This document shows positions 49,336 through 62,137 of a stretch of 64,000 bases of DNA, piece after piece. The notes beneath the pieces were generated by a model. It had not been told where the DNA came from. It made no database searches and worked only from the letters and a program-made list of their open reading frames with translations. Origin of the DNA: Narcine bancroftii (Eukaryota). The position numbers were made by a program, and so were the translations under genes. Positions within the stretch are counted from its first letter, which is position 1; each line of letters starts with the position of its first letter. Where the stretch lies: positions 116,436,001-116,500,000 of the forward strand of contig NC_091469.1 of assembly GCF_036971445.1 (NCBI RefSeq). Reading direction: 5' to 3'.

Positions 49336-50462
49336 ATGGTATTTATTATCCAAAACAGTAACTATTCTTCAATTCTACACAAAATTACAATTTCAAAAAG
49401 GTTACGTTTCTCATTCGAAAAATATACAAGTCTTTATTTTCAAAAAAAATTCTAATTTTAATTAATTTCCATTGTTATTTCACTCTGGCATTTATTCAAA
49501 ATGATTTTTAAAATATTGACTTTAAACTGGGTAAAATCTGGAGGAGCTATCGTTCTATTGTTTACCCCGCTGGCTGGCTTTGATGCATGAATTTTGACAG
49601 AGAGATAATGAGCTGTTTCAGAATTGGGAACAATATAGCTGAATTCTATTTTTTTTGTACCCATGTTGATGAACCAATTTGTCATTTTAAGATCCTTGAT
49701 TAGATTACCTCTCAAACTTCTCACCTTGAGGGAATACAAATCAAGTTTCTTCAATGTGTTTAAAAAATTTATACTTAAATTCCTGGTGAACTCTGCTGCC
49801 ACTTTTCCAACTTCATTCCTGAGATTCAATTTATAAAGTGAAGCAACAATTCCAAATGAAGTCTAAAAGATCATTTGTTCCAAACTAAAGCATTGCTTCC
49901 ACACTTTAATTCCAGCTGTTGAAACAAAAGCCAACATCAACTTTTACTTACTTACTTGCTATGTGCACTTTGTCGTTGGTGTACAAGATTACCTAAAAAT
50001 TATTCCCTCACCATTAAGAAAATTTCTGATTTACTCTGGATAACCTTGTGCTTCTTCTTGTTGATTGCCAAATAACATAATTTTGACAAATAAATTATGT
50101 ACCTTTCTAACTTTCTTCTCCATCCACATGCTAGTGTCTTCTAGTTGCACATCATTTTCATCAAAGCTATTTTTGCTTCATCCATTTCAATCCTATATTT
50201 ACAAACAATATTCCTTTTGTCAGGTTCATTTGTTCTTAAAACTGCAATACTGAAGCCAATTGTAGAATCCTTACTATCCTTGATAAAGCCAGCTTGTAGT
50301 CTGTATAATCCTGGTCTTTGTGTCCCAGATGCTCGAACATGTTGAACATCAAGAAGTCCTCCTTGTAGTAGTGTATTATTTTTAATTTATTAGCAATAGT
50401 GGTTTTGTAAATGTTGTCAGTAAATGGATCGTAATTGAATATTTTAACTTTTTATATAAAAG

Positions 50463-50625
50463 GATGGCTCAATTTTATTATTGACGGGTGCTGCAGGCAC
50501 TGGCAAGACTGCTACGATACAGGTTCTTGTCAATGAGCTCGGAATTCAACTACAGGAATGGATTAACCCTTTATCACAGAACAAATTTAAAAGCCACGAT
50601 GAATTTGAAGACCATTGGCATACTG
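50463..50625 (+). CDS. RAD17: RAD17 exon with Walker A: DGSILLLTGAAGTGKTATIQVL..QEWINP
   Basis: 163 nt, AG/GTAAG boundaries, phase 0->1. Confidence 0.95.
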
Positions 50626-51578
50626 GTAAGAACAGATTTTAGTGCATTGTTCTAAAAAAAAATTCCTTACCATGACTGTGCGAATGCTGTTATTTTATTC
50701 AAACTTCTTACTGTTGGCAGGTGGTAGCCACAGAAGATGTAAATAGAATGATTTTTGACATATGTTTTGTATATCAATCTCCAGAATAAGTTTCTAATTG
50801 CCAAAAGAAAAAACTTTCCGGCAGAGACTTGTTTCTCCATCTCTAATTTACTTATCTTAAAAAGCCCATTTTCACTATAATTAGTGTAGTCATTTTCTGG
50901 GTATTTTTTACTTTTAAATATAATGTAGGTTTCAATGCCATTATTATATAAGATTTATTAATATTTTATTGTCATGTGCCTATGTAACATTTATTTGATG
51001 AAATATTGAAAAAGAAAAAAAGCCCATTTTCTTACTGGCATTGAGTTACACAAGTGTTATTTGTATGTCTGTATGGATGTTTGAGAGTCCGTAATAATCC
51101 TAATGGGGTGTTCATAGCTTCAGTTTCACAAATAGAAACCATAATTGTTTGAAATCTTAAGAAATGAAATATTGAAACATGTTCTCTTTACCCTTTTTAA
51201 ACAAAATATGCAAAGATTGGCTGAGTTTATGCTGTTTAAGTTCCGTGGATATGCTGAAGATGACTAATAATTAAAATTGAAAGTTGTGTTCCAAATAATG
51301 TATTTATTGATCTTCAATAGAGATTTATTTGCATTTGTTTTCCAAGCCTGATTTTTTTTTTTCCTTTTTAAGGGTAAGTGTTGCAATAGCTGAGGGAAGA
51401 GATAAGTATTTGAATATAGTTGTTTTAACTTGCACAAAAAATATAAACTGCATCACTTATTTGTCAAACTCGTCCACCATTTTTGACTTCCTCCAAAATA
51501 CTTCTTGTTCATTTCTCAGTTTGAAGAGAGCCAGCAATAAGCATCCAATAGTAATGGCGTATGAAGATTAATGCTTTC

Positions 51579-53939
51579 TGGAGTAGTCACGTGATGGAGT
51601 AGTGGCTGGTCGAGTAGAATCAGCCCTCTCTAGAGAAAAGAAAAAAAAAGTTTGAAAAACAGAGCTCGTTAAACATAAAATACAGGAAGAAAAAGATAAA
51701 GTAACAGAGAAAAGATGGAAGATGGCACCCAAAAGAGAGAAAGTAAGAATAACAGAGAAAAGGGAAGAAAGAAGAAGGTCTTACCTGAACGTCGGAGCAG
51801 GGAGAGGCCGATCTTTCGTTGGTCAGTCATCGGAAGAGCGGTGTCCTCCCGACCTGCGGACTTCAAGAATGGCTCTCAGAGCCAAGAAAAGGTGTGCCAC
51901 TGTGCAAGTAAAAAGTTAGCGCTGGCAGGAGGGGGACTCAGGTGAGGAGCAGCCAGCTGCAGAGCAGCCAGCTGAGAGACACCCAGCATCAGGGTGTTCG
52001 TTTGGGGAAGCAAACAAGAAAGAAGAAGAGTGGTGTGAAAGAGAATGAGGGGCTAGAAGAGGGTGAGCGGCATCAGGGTGACTGGCAAGGGGACAAGCGG
52101 CAGGGGGCCTCGGCAGCGGATCTGCGGCAGGGGGCCCCGGCAGCGGATCTGCGGCAGGGGGCTCAGCAAGGACACAGAAACAGCTCATCAGAGAAGGATG
52201 AAGGTACAGATACAGAGAAGGGAAGAAGACCAAGAATTTCAAAAGAAAGAAGGTAAAATAGGATGAAAAATTTAGACAAGTTTTTTTTTTGAAGAACAAA
52301 TTGGGTCATTAAAAGAATGGCTATCATTAGAATTTAGTTCAATCAAAAGAAAAATGAAAAGAGTTGAAGACAGAATGCAAAGCTTCGAGTTGTTCATGGC
52401 TGAAATGGGGAAAATGTGGAGGAATGAGAAGCTGCTGTAGAAATGGAGATAAATGATTTGAGGGAAGTTGGAAGAGAGCGAAGAAAAAATTAGAGACAAA
52501 AGATTTATTGTCACAAAAAATTGACGTATTGGAAAACTACAGTAGGCGAAACAACATAAAAATAGTGGGCCTGAAAGAATGCAAAGAAAGGTCAGATATG
52601 AAGGAATTTATAAAAGGATGGATCCTGAAGTTGCTGGGAACGACAGACTCACATGAAGAAATAGAAATCAAAAGGGCGCATGGAGCACTAGTACTGAAAC
52701 CGCACCACATCAAAAACCGAGATCCATATTGGTAAAACTTCTAAGATATACAAGAGAGAACATTTTGGAGCAGGCAAGAAAGGAGGTTAGAGAAGACGAC
52801 AAGCCGTTGGAATATAAGGGACAAAAAATATTTTTTTACCCGGACATAAGCATCAAACTTTTAAAGAAGAGGAAGGAATTCAACACGGCGAAAACAATCT
52901 TATGGAAGAAAGGGTATAACTTTATATTAAGACATCCAGCAGTACTCAAAGTATTCATTCCTGGGGAACAGAATAGACTGTTCTTGGACCCAAAGAAAGC
53001 CCAAGAATTTGCTGAACATTTGCAGGACAGGAGAAGAGAGGAGGAGGAGTGACAAGAAGGAAGACCGGCAAGAAAATATACAAAAATATGTAAAAATATA
53101 AAGTAAAGATAATGTATTTATAAAGATTTAAAGATGGATAAGAGAAGGGGAAGAAGGGGGGGGTAAAAAGAGAGAGAGAGAGCTTTGTTATATGTATAGA
53201 AAATAGTGTTCGCCGGGGGGGGGGGAGGATAATGGTCACTTGCGAGTAAGTTCGCAAACCGAATGGAAAGGGGAGTTGTCGTTGCCGTCATGGGACAAGG
53301 GGCAACCCAAGGAGGGGGGGGGATTCATTTGGGGTTAAAGGGTTATTGCTTGTGGGGATTCTTGGGGTATTTCATGTCTTAAATGCGTTGTCATATAATG
53401 AGATTAAAAAGGAAAACTTAAAGAAAAGTAATGGGGGAAAAAAAGGGGGATGGAGGTGGTGAAGAGGTGGAAAAGAAGTGAAAATAAAGATATAAGATGG
53501 CCATGTTGGACTATATGACTATAAACTTTAATGGAATACATAACCAAATTTAAGTGTATCCCATTGGGGGGAAAAAAAATCACATATAATTTAAAGGACA
53601 AAGTTACAATGTTTGGAAAAAATCTGGAAACCATATATGGAACATAACAGAAAGAGCAGGCCTCGGACCACCACCACCTAAAATGATAAGAAGATAAACA
53701 CATCAGAGTTAATGTGTATAAGTAGATGACACGTTTTTTTTGGTTTGTATTCCTTTTGTATAAAGATGTTGTTTTATTGTATTTTATATGTTCAATATTT
53801 ACTGTTTTTGGAGGGGGTTGGAAGGGGGAGGGAGGGTTGGGGGGAAAAAGAGAAAATGCCACTGTATATTTAAAGAGATGCATCTGTAAATATCTTGGTT
53901 GATATGGTTCATAGTGTGATAAATAAAGAATTACAAAAA
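51579..53939 (+). mobile_element. Full-length ORF1-only L1 derivative (second subfamily), ORF1 degenerate
   Basis: 15-bp TSD AAGATTAATGCTTTC (51564-51578, 53940-53954), AATAAA plus A tail, ORF1 pieces 52508..52735 and 52729..53052 homologous to 28..1062, same ORF2 deletion at ~53550. Confidence 0.88.
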
Positions 53940-54094
53940 AAGATTAATGCTTTCCACTCAATTACCCACCCAGCATCAAGATCTCAGTCGAAGCTCTCCC
54001 TATATTGGCATAAATCATTTATTTTAATTTTTGAATAGAATTTGAACATTAAATTTTCCCAATCGATATAAATATATTGTTGGTTTTATTTCAG

Positions 54095-54231
54095 ACTCCA
54101 GTTTTCAGATGTACGTGAGCAAGCCACAGTCTGTTCTGTTTCAGGAATTTTTGCTGCGAGCTAACAAATATAAAAAACTTCAGATGGTTGGAGATCCTCT
54201 GGAGACGGACAAGAAACTGATTCTTGTGGAA
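54095..54231 (+). CDS. RAD17: RAD17 exon: DSSFQMYVSKPQSVLFQEFLLRANKYKKLQMVGD..KKLILVE
   Basis: 137 nt, AG/GT boundaries, start of Walker B (ILVE|D). Confidence 0.96.
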
Positions 54232-54544
54232 GTGAGTAAAGTTAATGGTTCTTGACTATAAATAAAAATAACATTTGGAGCAATCCACACAATTGATGTA
54301 AAGTGTTTGAGGTACCGAAAGAGTGCATCTTAAACAAAATCTAGCAGTTCTGTATTTTTCTCAGAAAATCATTTTGAAGTGCATGCAATATTTTTTGTAA
54401 TTGATTTCTTAAGTTTTAAAGAAGATTAATAAAATTCTGAAATAGCATTGAATATATTCAAACCTCACAAAATGGACATGGGAGCTTTCTGCACTTTTAG
54501 ATAAAACTATGGGTGTTTTCATTGATGCTGTCCTTTATTCATAG

Positions 54545-54597
54545 GATATGCCAAATCAATTTTATAGAGAACCGTCTTGTTTGCATGAGATCTTACG
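54545..54597 (+). CDS. RAD17: RAD17 exon: DMPNQFYREPSCLHEILR
   Basis: 53 nt, AG/GTAAG boundaries. Confidence 0.95.
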
Positions 54598-56187
54598 GTA
54601 AGTTTCCTCAAAATATTATTCATCAGTTGAAAGAAATATTATTTGTAGAATGAACAATTTTCTCTGATCGTTTTCTGTTCAGCCATTTATTAAATTTTCT
54701 TTAAAAAAATTAAAAATAAATTTAAGATGTAATTTTCATTCATGTGAACGGCAACTGCATCTGTGGGAGCTCCGCCATAACAATGTTGATTTCTTGCCTG
54801 TCCTGTTTCATTGAATGAAATGTAATTATAAAATAATTGCCAAGATGCGCTGGTAGCCTAATCCCTTTTATAAAGGGAGACACATAAGGATGACAGTGAT
54901 TTTTCACCAGCCTGCCTTCATTCTCCTGCTCTGCAATTAGTTCTTTGTATGAAAACCTTTCTGGAAGATTTCTCTCTGGACCGTCCCATAATCCATTGAT
55001 CTGATGCAGTTTATCTTCATTGGCTCCCATAATCTTGATATCTTGTTGACTGAGCATCTCGCTCATTGTTGAAATTTAGTGATGCCTATCAAACTCCATT
55101 CAAGGTTGAAGCAATTGGCTTTTTCTTATCATTTTTGCCTTTAGTTTCATTATTCCTGTGGCATCTTCAAACTTGCATCTAACTGCTCTCTTTGGTAGAT
55201 TAAAATTAGAAGCATAACAATATAAAAGAGGACAATAAGATCCATTTCCCTAAGTAAACAAATGATAAATTACAGAGGAAATTTATAAGATGATTCACAA
55301 CAAACAAAAAAGGAATTAGATGGCTGACTCCCTACCATATTAACACTTGAGAATCCACCGCTGTCAGTGCAAAACCAGGCAACTGCAGCTATATGATTTG
55401 CATAATTATTTAGAGCTACTCGCACAGCTTTAACTTGGGCACAAAACTAGCCTCATGAAGGAAGGAGTGGAGATGAATTGACAATCACAATTGGGTTAAA
55501 ATATAAATAGATGCAATTATTTATATATAAACGGGGAACAAATTACTGTTGGTTCTGTCTTAAACTTTTGTTATGGTTCCAGACCGGGGAGAGAGAAGAA
55601 AAACAAAAGAAAACTTCATGTAGAGTTGTAAAGAAACTTGGTAATGCAGAGTAAAAGGAAACAACATTTTCATCATCTGTTATATTACTGCTGCAGTATC
55701 ATTAAGAAGGTTGCTTGTTTTAGCACCATCAGCTATCCAAGAGAATACAACTGAAAGTTATGGCACAAAACTCTCTGATGTGAAAGTGAAGGATGCAGAT
55801 CCAATGAGGAGAGGGGCACCTCAGTTAAACTGTAATTGGATAGAACAAAGCTGGAATCTATTGGTTCATGGAATCTGAAGTTCAGTGAATCTCAAAATAC
55901 ATTGTATAGGCTTAACCAAAATACTTGTTTACATGTTATTTCCATCTAACTGAATGACGAAGGTTTGAGTTGTGGATGAAATGACAATCGAATCAGAGCA
56001 CAGAAGGAGATTATTTAACTACTATGTCTGTGGCAAGCATTACAAAAGTAATCTTGCATTATCAGGACTGTTCTCCCCTTGTGAAGTGCTCCCCTTCTTA
56101 TGTGATGGGGGGGGGGGGGGTGGGGGGATGGTGAAATTGAAGCTAAAGGAAGCAAAGTTAAGTGCTTTCTATATATTTTTTAATCAG

Positions 56188-56313
56188 GAAATTTGTTCAG
56201 ACTGCAAGATGTCCGATGGTGTTTATAATTTCTGACAGCGTTAGTGGAGACAGCAGTCAGAGGTTACTTTTCCCTAATGACATCCAAAAGGAATTGGGTA
56301 TCTTTCACATTAG
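56188..56313 (+). CDS. RAD17: RAD17 exon: KFVQTARCPMVFIISDSVSGDSSQRLLFPNDIQKELGIFHIS (GC donor)
   Basis: 126 nt; the AG|GCAAGT donor is required for frame with the next exon. Confidence 0.92.
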
Positions 56314-56399
56314 GCAAGTATTAATTCTATAAATTGGTAATTTGAAGTTTGTATCTGTGCTTTTTGATTTTGGCTTGTGTAAATATTCTTAATCTAAGC

Positions 56400-56772
56400 C
56401 AGTGGTTCTCAGTCTTTTTCTTTCCACTCACATATCACTTTAAGTAATCCCTATGCCATCGGTGCTCTGTGATTAGTAAGGGATTGCTTAAAGTGGTATG
56501 TGGATGGAAAAAAAAAGTTTGAAAACCACTGTTTTAATCGTACCTAATTGACGTAATGTACACGGTTTCATAGCTCCAAAGGAAATGGTCCAATGACAAT
56601 TTTTCTCAAGCAAAATATTTTAGTAACAATTGGGTCTCAAGCAGTGATTCTCAACCTTCCCTTCCCACTCACATACCACCTTAAGCAATCCCTTACTAAT
56701 CACAGAGCACCGATGGCATAAGGATTACTTAAAGTGGTATGTGAGTGAAAAGAAAAAGATTGAGAACCAGTG
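56400..56772. mobile_element. Composite hAT MITE
   Basis: CAGTGGTTCTCA...TGAGAACCAGTG termini; degenerate 8-bp TSD ATCTAAGC/ATCTAAAT. Confidence 0.8.
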
Positions 56773-57409
56773 ATCTAAATGATTTGAAAACATTAAAATA
56801 AATTACTTTTTGAATGTTTAAAATTGTATTATATTTAAGTGACGATTGTGTAAAGTATTTTCATTTAAAATCTCTTTGTTCATGAAAAAAAGGCATTGCT
56901 TTAAAATTAAAGTGATATTTCCATGATGCTCACAGTTAATTGTTCAAATTGATTAAGTTTAGTTTACTGAGCGAGACAGTTTCACCATGAATTTCCTTGA
57001 CTGCTTGTCAATGAGCTCAAACAAGCCAGAGAAAATTTTGTCATTTTTATATTAATTAATTGAGGATGTATCTTTTGTTATAAAGTCAATCTAAAAATCC
57101 CAATGTTTACCCCTATTTCAGTAGAAGTATACTTTAGTCCTTCAAGAATGTATCCAAAAAAGGCCATTGTTCATGCCTTGAAGTTAGGAGATATCAACAA
57201 AGAACTTGCAGCCAACTCTGATTCTGTCTCCAGCTCTGTCAAAATATGTGTGCGTAACACGGGTTACTGGTTAGAGATCACAGGCAAAGAAATTTTGAAT
57301 TATTTTTATTCCTCTTTCTTGCATAAGTGATACTGGAACAAACAAGACCACCTCACTTTGTGGTTGTTGCATGTCCCCATGGTTTGCTGACATCTGATAA
57401 GAATTAACA

Positions 57410-58237
57410 AGGAGACTGGGAGCTGATTTGGATAGAGATCATTGGAAAATTATTTGTATCGATAGTATGACAAAAATTATAAATGTTAGGTATCAGCTTG
57501 TAACTTATAATTTTATACATCAATTATATTTGGCTCTGGAGTATTTGAAAAGATATAATTTGAGTTATTCAGATTTGTGTTTTTGATGTAATGTTCAGAA
57601 AGTACATTTTTACACTCCGTATGGACTTGTGATAAGTTTAAACCCTTTTGGTCTCAGGTTAGGAATTGTTTACAGAATATTTTGAAAATAAAATTTTCTT
57701 TAGATCCTAATTTTTTTAAAAATTGGGGATAATAGTGAGTTTGGTTTGTTATATAAATTGGATAAATTTCAATTAACTTTTTTGAGATTGGCAGTGGTGA
57801 GGAAATATATAGCTATTTTGTGGAAAGATCAGATGGAACGTAATTTACAAAGATGGCATTCAGAATTAAGGTCTTGTATTCCATTGGAGAAGACGACGTA
57901 TAATTAAAGGTATAAATATGTATTTAGAAAGATTTGGAGCCAATATTTGGATTATTTATTTGGAAAATTTGAAGATGGGGATCTGGTTGTAGTGGGGTTT
58001 CCTTATTCCACAATAAAAGAATTGGTGTTTGATATTCTCCACTTTTTCTCTTTTTTTTAGGGGTTAGTGGGTATAGGGGTAAGATTGGAGGGTGGGGTGT
58101 ATTTGTGGGGTGGGTTTTTTTTTTAGCTTTTTAGGTTTTTTTTCTATAAATAAACCATGTTAGAATTATGATATTGCATTACTGTATTATTTTTGTAATC
58201 ATAGATGTTTTTCTTTTAAATAAAATATTCCAAAAAA
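57410..58237 (+). mobile_element. L1 ORF2 C-terminus and 3' UTR fragment
   Basis: YNFIHQLYL..., CIPLEKTTY motif, G/T-rich UTR, AATAAA and A tail. Confidence 0.7.
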
Positions 58238-58373
58238 ATTAACAGACTTCATTAGTGTTTATTATTTAATGAACTCTAATCATTTTGCATGCTAAAAGCT
58301 AATGGCAAATTGAACTCCAAACCATATCGTTAAAATCTTTTATTTTAAATTTATACTCTTCTTGTTTTGACAG

Positions 58374-58443
58374 TTTTAATCCTGTGGCTCCCACAAGCAT
58401 GTTGAAAGTTCTCAGTAGAATATCTGCTCTCGAGGCCAGCAAG
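58374..58443 (+). CDS. RAD17: RAD17 exon: FNPVAPTSMLKVLSRISALEASK
   Basis: 70 nt, AG/GT boundaries, FNPVAPT motif. Confidence 0.96.
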
Positions 58444-59607
58444 GTAAATCCAAGTTAACTATAAATAATTGTCTTTATAAGCTTTTCTTCCTTTAACAAA
58501 TTTTTGGAATCATTTGTTGTGTATCAGAAGCCTTCTGCCAGTAACCAAAATGTAATTTATTGGTGTGAACCTCCAAGGCAAGTATAAACAGACCAGGCAG
58601 CATCAGCCTTCACACAACATGTAATACATACTTTCATTTGAGAGTCATTGGATAATTTATCAGGAGAAACAGATGAGCTCCAAGTATAGGCTGCTGTCGG
58701 TGAGGACAATGTTCAACAAAACAAGTCTGGTTCGAAGATAACTTTTGTCCAAATAGAATTACAGTGTATTATTATTATTGCACACAGATTATGTTCTTGA
58801 TTTTGAGCACAGCTTTGTATTGTATTTTAACTTACCAACAAAATAGTACTCAGTAGGCATTACAAAGTGGAATTTGAAATCACCTAGATTTTGTAAACCA
58901 CCATTTCACAGCTGATCATTTATTTCATATATAACTATATAGCCATATAACAATTGGAGCACAGAAACAGGCCCTTCTAGTCTATGCCGAACACTTTCTC
59001 CCACCTCACCCCACTGACTTACACTCCACCCCTAACCTTCCGTTCCATTTCTTTCCCGTCCATGAAGATGTCATTCTTGATAATTATACTAAACTTTCCT
59101 TTCATAATTTGTGGTCTATGTCCATCATTTGATTTAGTTCTAGTAACGTCGAATACCTAGCACTTAAAGATCTGGACTAATTTATATTTTTATATGATGA
59201 TTGTCCATTTGCCTCTCTTTGAGACTAAAAAGCTAAAAATTTGACTGAATCACTATTATTGGAGTTGTCTTTTGATAATCCAGGGCTCCAAGTGGTTTAA
59301 TCTGTGGGGTTTTGTTTAAAAAGAGATTGCAGATGCTAAAAAACTGGAGCAACACACAAAATGCTGGAGAAACTCGGTGGGTCAGGTAACATCCATGGAA
59401 GGCAACAGATAGTCAACATTTCTGGTTTTTAGCTGAAATCCTTTTTTTGTCAGTGCTAAAATGCAACTCATGTTACACGATCAGTGGTATTAATCAGACA
59501 GAACTTTAGGGAGTGGGTAGAAGTGGTGGGCTATCGTCTATTCTTAAAAATGAGGAACTGAGGTTTTTTTTTTAACGATGGATTTTTGAAATTATCTTGA
59601 TATGCAG

Positions 59608-59719
59608 AATGCTGGCAAGTCTGTTGTTCCTGACAAGAATGTACTGGAGATGCTCTGTACAGGCAGCGCAGGAGACATCAGAAGTGCAATAAACAGTCTT
59701 CAATTTATTTCAGCAAAAG
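59608..59719 (+). CDS. RAD17: RAD17 exon: NAGKSVVPDKNVLEMLCTGSAGDIRSAINSLQFYSAK
   Basis: 112 nt; RFC-family GDIRSAINSLQF sensor motif. Confidence 0.97.
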
Positions 59720-60378
59720 GTAAATGGAGGAGGAAAAATAAAACTCGTTAACAACTTTTGGTAATACAGTATTAGTAGCGATTTCTCACAACAAAGTAGT
59801 AACTAATTAATATTTTAACATATGGTTGTTAAGCATGTGACAAACATTCATGTTTAGCTTTGATGTTAGAACCCGACGCATTGTAAACAATGTTAGAAAT
59901 CTAAAACTTTCAAGTAGGGAATATGAAAATCTAAGATCAAAAATAGTCTTAGGGTAAAACTAAAAGAGACAGCAAAGAATTATTAGGTTATTTCATTCAT
60001 TGTATCCTTATTTATATATGATAATGTGTTTCATATTATTTTTAGTTAAATGCCTATGTATTATACAATTGGGAATTAGGGTAGAATTGGTTGGAAATTA
60101 GTGCTGAGTGGGAACTAAAAAATAATGTGCAAAACAAACAATTGAGCTCGACTTGATAAGAATTGTAATTACACCTTGAGGTTTTTGCATTGTAAATGTG
60201 GGCAAAGGAGTTTGTCTACAGTAAGTGTGCACAGATGTAATATGTATGGATAAATCAAAGTCTGCTTTCTTTAGTTTAGTAAATTATGCTTAAATATTAC
60301 ACTAACTCTAAATTTTAGGAATGTCTGTTTTTTCTTGAGTCTCTGCTGAGGTAGTAGTAGGATTTTCACAATCTGTCT

Positions 60379-61141
60379 TGTTATGGAGTCCAGAGGACCC
60401 CCAAAACCAGCAGCAATAGATATGCACCACAACACAGGGTCACTTAAACAAAAGTAGTTTTTAATTACAATTGAACAATAAAACAGAATTAAACTTTAAT
60501 TTACTACTTCACCTACCTAACTACTTAATCCCTCCCCCTCCCCCCCCCCCCCCAATACTAAGCGCAGGTGTGTGTAATGTACATTTAAGATTAGAAAAGT
60601 TCTTTGGATCACAGTCCAATCTCACTGGTTGCAGGCAATTCTTGTACTGTGCACAGAAGTTAGCATTAATAAAGTTCACCAGTCTTTGGTAATTACCTCT
60701 CAGGAGGTTTCTTGCTGGTTTTCAAAGAGAGATTCCTTTTCCAGGACATCCGCAACTGATTCCTTCTCAATCAGTCTTGTTGACAAAACTTGTCCCCTTC
60801 AGGGTTCTCCAGATGATCCTCTTTCTTTCAGGTCACCTTTCAGACTGCCAGTCTTCTTCGTTGACCAGGCAACCTTCCAAAGATTGCCAGCTTATCCTTC
60901 AGGAACTGATTTCTGTCTCCTCTCTCTCTGTTTCACACCCTCCCTCCTTGAGATCCAAACTCTTCTCCTCTGCCTGCAAAGATCACATGCTCTCCCAGGC
61001 AAGCTGCTGTCGATAACTTTGTTGCCTCCTGCAAAAAGCACTCTGCAAAAGTCCTGCAGATATTCTGTGTTTTACAATGTGTGTGTGTGTGCAAACTGCT
61101 CTAACAATTCCTCCCAAACCACCTCTAAATACTCTGTCACA
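60379..61141 (+). mobile_element. LTR family A-related solo LTR with 4-bp TSD GTCT
   Basis: TGTTA...TCACA flanked by GTCT on both sides. Confidence 0.8.
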
Positions 61142-61297
61142 GTCTCAACTTGTCTAAGTTGAGGAATATTAAGTACAGTTAGTTCTTTACAATGCATGAA
61201 ATGTTATTATTTTACAAATGAATGAGAATTTGATGTAAAACATAAATGTGATGTACAAATGCGTTGAATGACTTGCTACAGCACCTCAGTTACATAG

Positions 61298-61396
61298 AAG
61301 GTTACGGAGAGAAGGCGGGGACGGGGTACTGAACTTTAAGATCAGCCATGATCTCGTTGAATGGCGGAGCAGGCTCGAAGGGTCGAATGACCTACT
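61298..61396 (+). mobile_element. Short CR1-type 3' tail
   Basis: gatcagccatgatctcgttgaatggcggagcaggctcgaagggtcgaatgacctactcc. Confidence 0.6.
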
Positions 61397-61942
61397 CCTA
61401 TCTTCTATGTTTCTAGAACACAAATAAAAAAAGTAAGCATAATTTAGATGCCACAAAGGGAGAGAAAGATGATGAATACAGAAGGAAGAGGTAAAAAGTA
61501 TAAGTACTCGTAATTGGATAAGAGCAGAATCATTGAGCTATAACTTATTGCAGTCAAGCAACTTATCGATACGTTTTGCTAAAGTTCACTTTTGCAGACT
61601 ATTGCCTTTGTTACGACACAAAATTACATTTTGCGCTTGTACAAAATGCCATAACATGGATCTCTGATTTTGAGAAGATGTAGAAAAATTGATTTCATTC
61701 ACAGGACTACAGAATTGTATATTGATAATGCATGTAATTTCAATGATGAGCTCATAATCTTTCTTATTGAAAATAGACCTAAATGGTAGAACGTACCACT
61801 GACAAATAATATTTTTTAAAAATATAGCACCCTGCTTTTATTGGTTTATTTTTAGAAAAATATTTTCTGAGGTATGCTGTGGTACAATCTATAACTATGT
61901 CCACGTCTACAAGCATAAAAATGCTTTCCTTTGACAATGCAG

Positions 61943-62137
61943 GCTGCCCATTGGAACAGATTCAATTGCTGAACAGTCAAGGAAAATCTTCAGCAAGAGC
62001 AGGCATATCTTCAAAAGAAAAATATAAAAGAAAGCCTTCAAAAGTCCATGAAAAGGGAAGTGGTGTGCTTGCCATTGGAGGCAAAGACCAATCTCTCTTC
62101 CTTTTTCGAGCTCTGGGAAAAATTATGTATTGTAAAC
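61943..62137 (+). CDS. RAD17: RAD17 exon: GCPLEQ...AIGGKDQSLFLFRALGKIMYCKR; the gene continues past the window
   Basis: 195 nt, phase 1, GTAAG donor; AIGGKDxSLFLFRALGKIxYCKR signature. Confidence 0.93.

Noticed and set aside
54740-55066. 108-aa minus-strand ORF in a RAD17 intron
   Set aside because: No recognisable motif or splice support; likely chance or old TE debris
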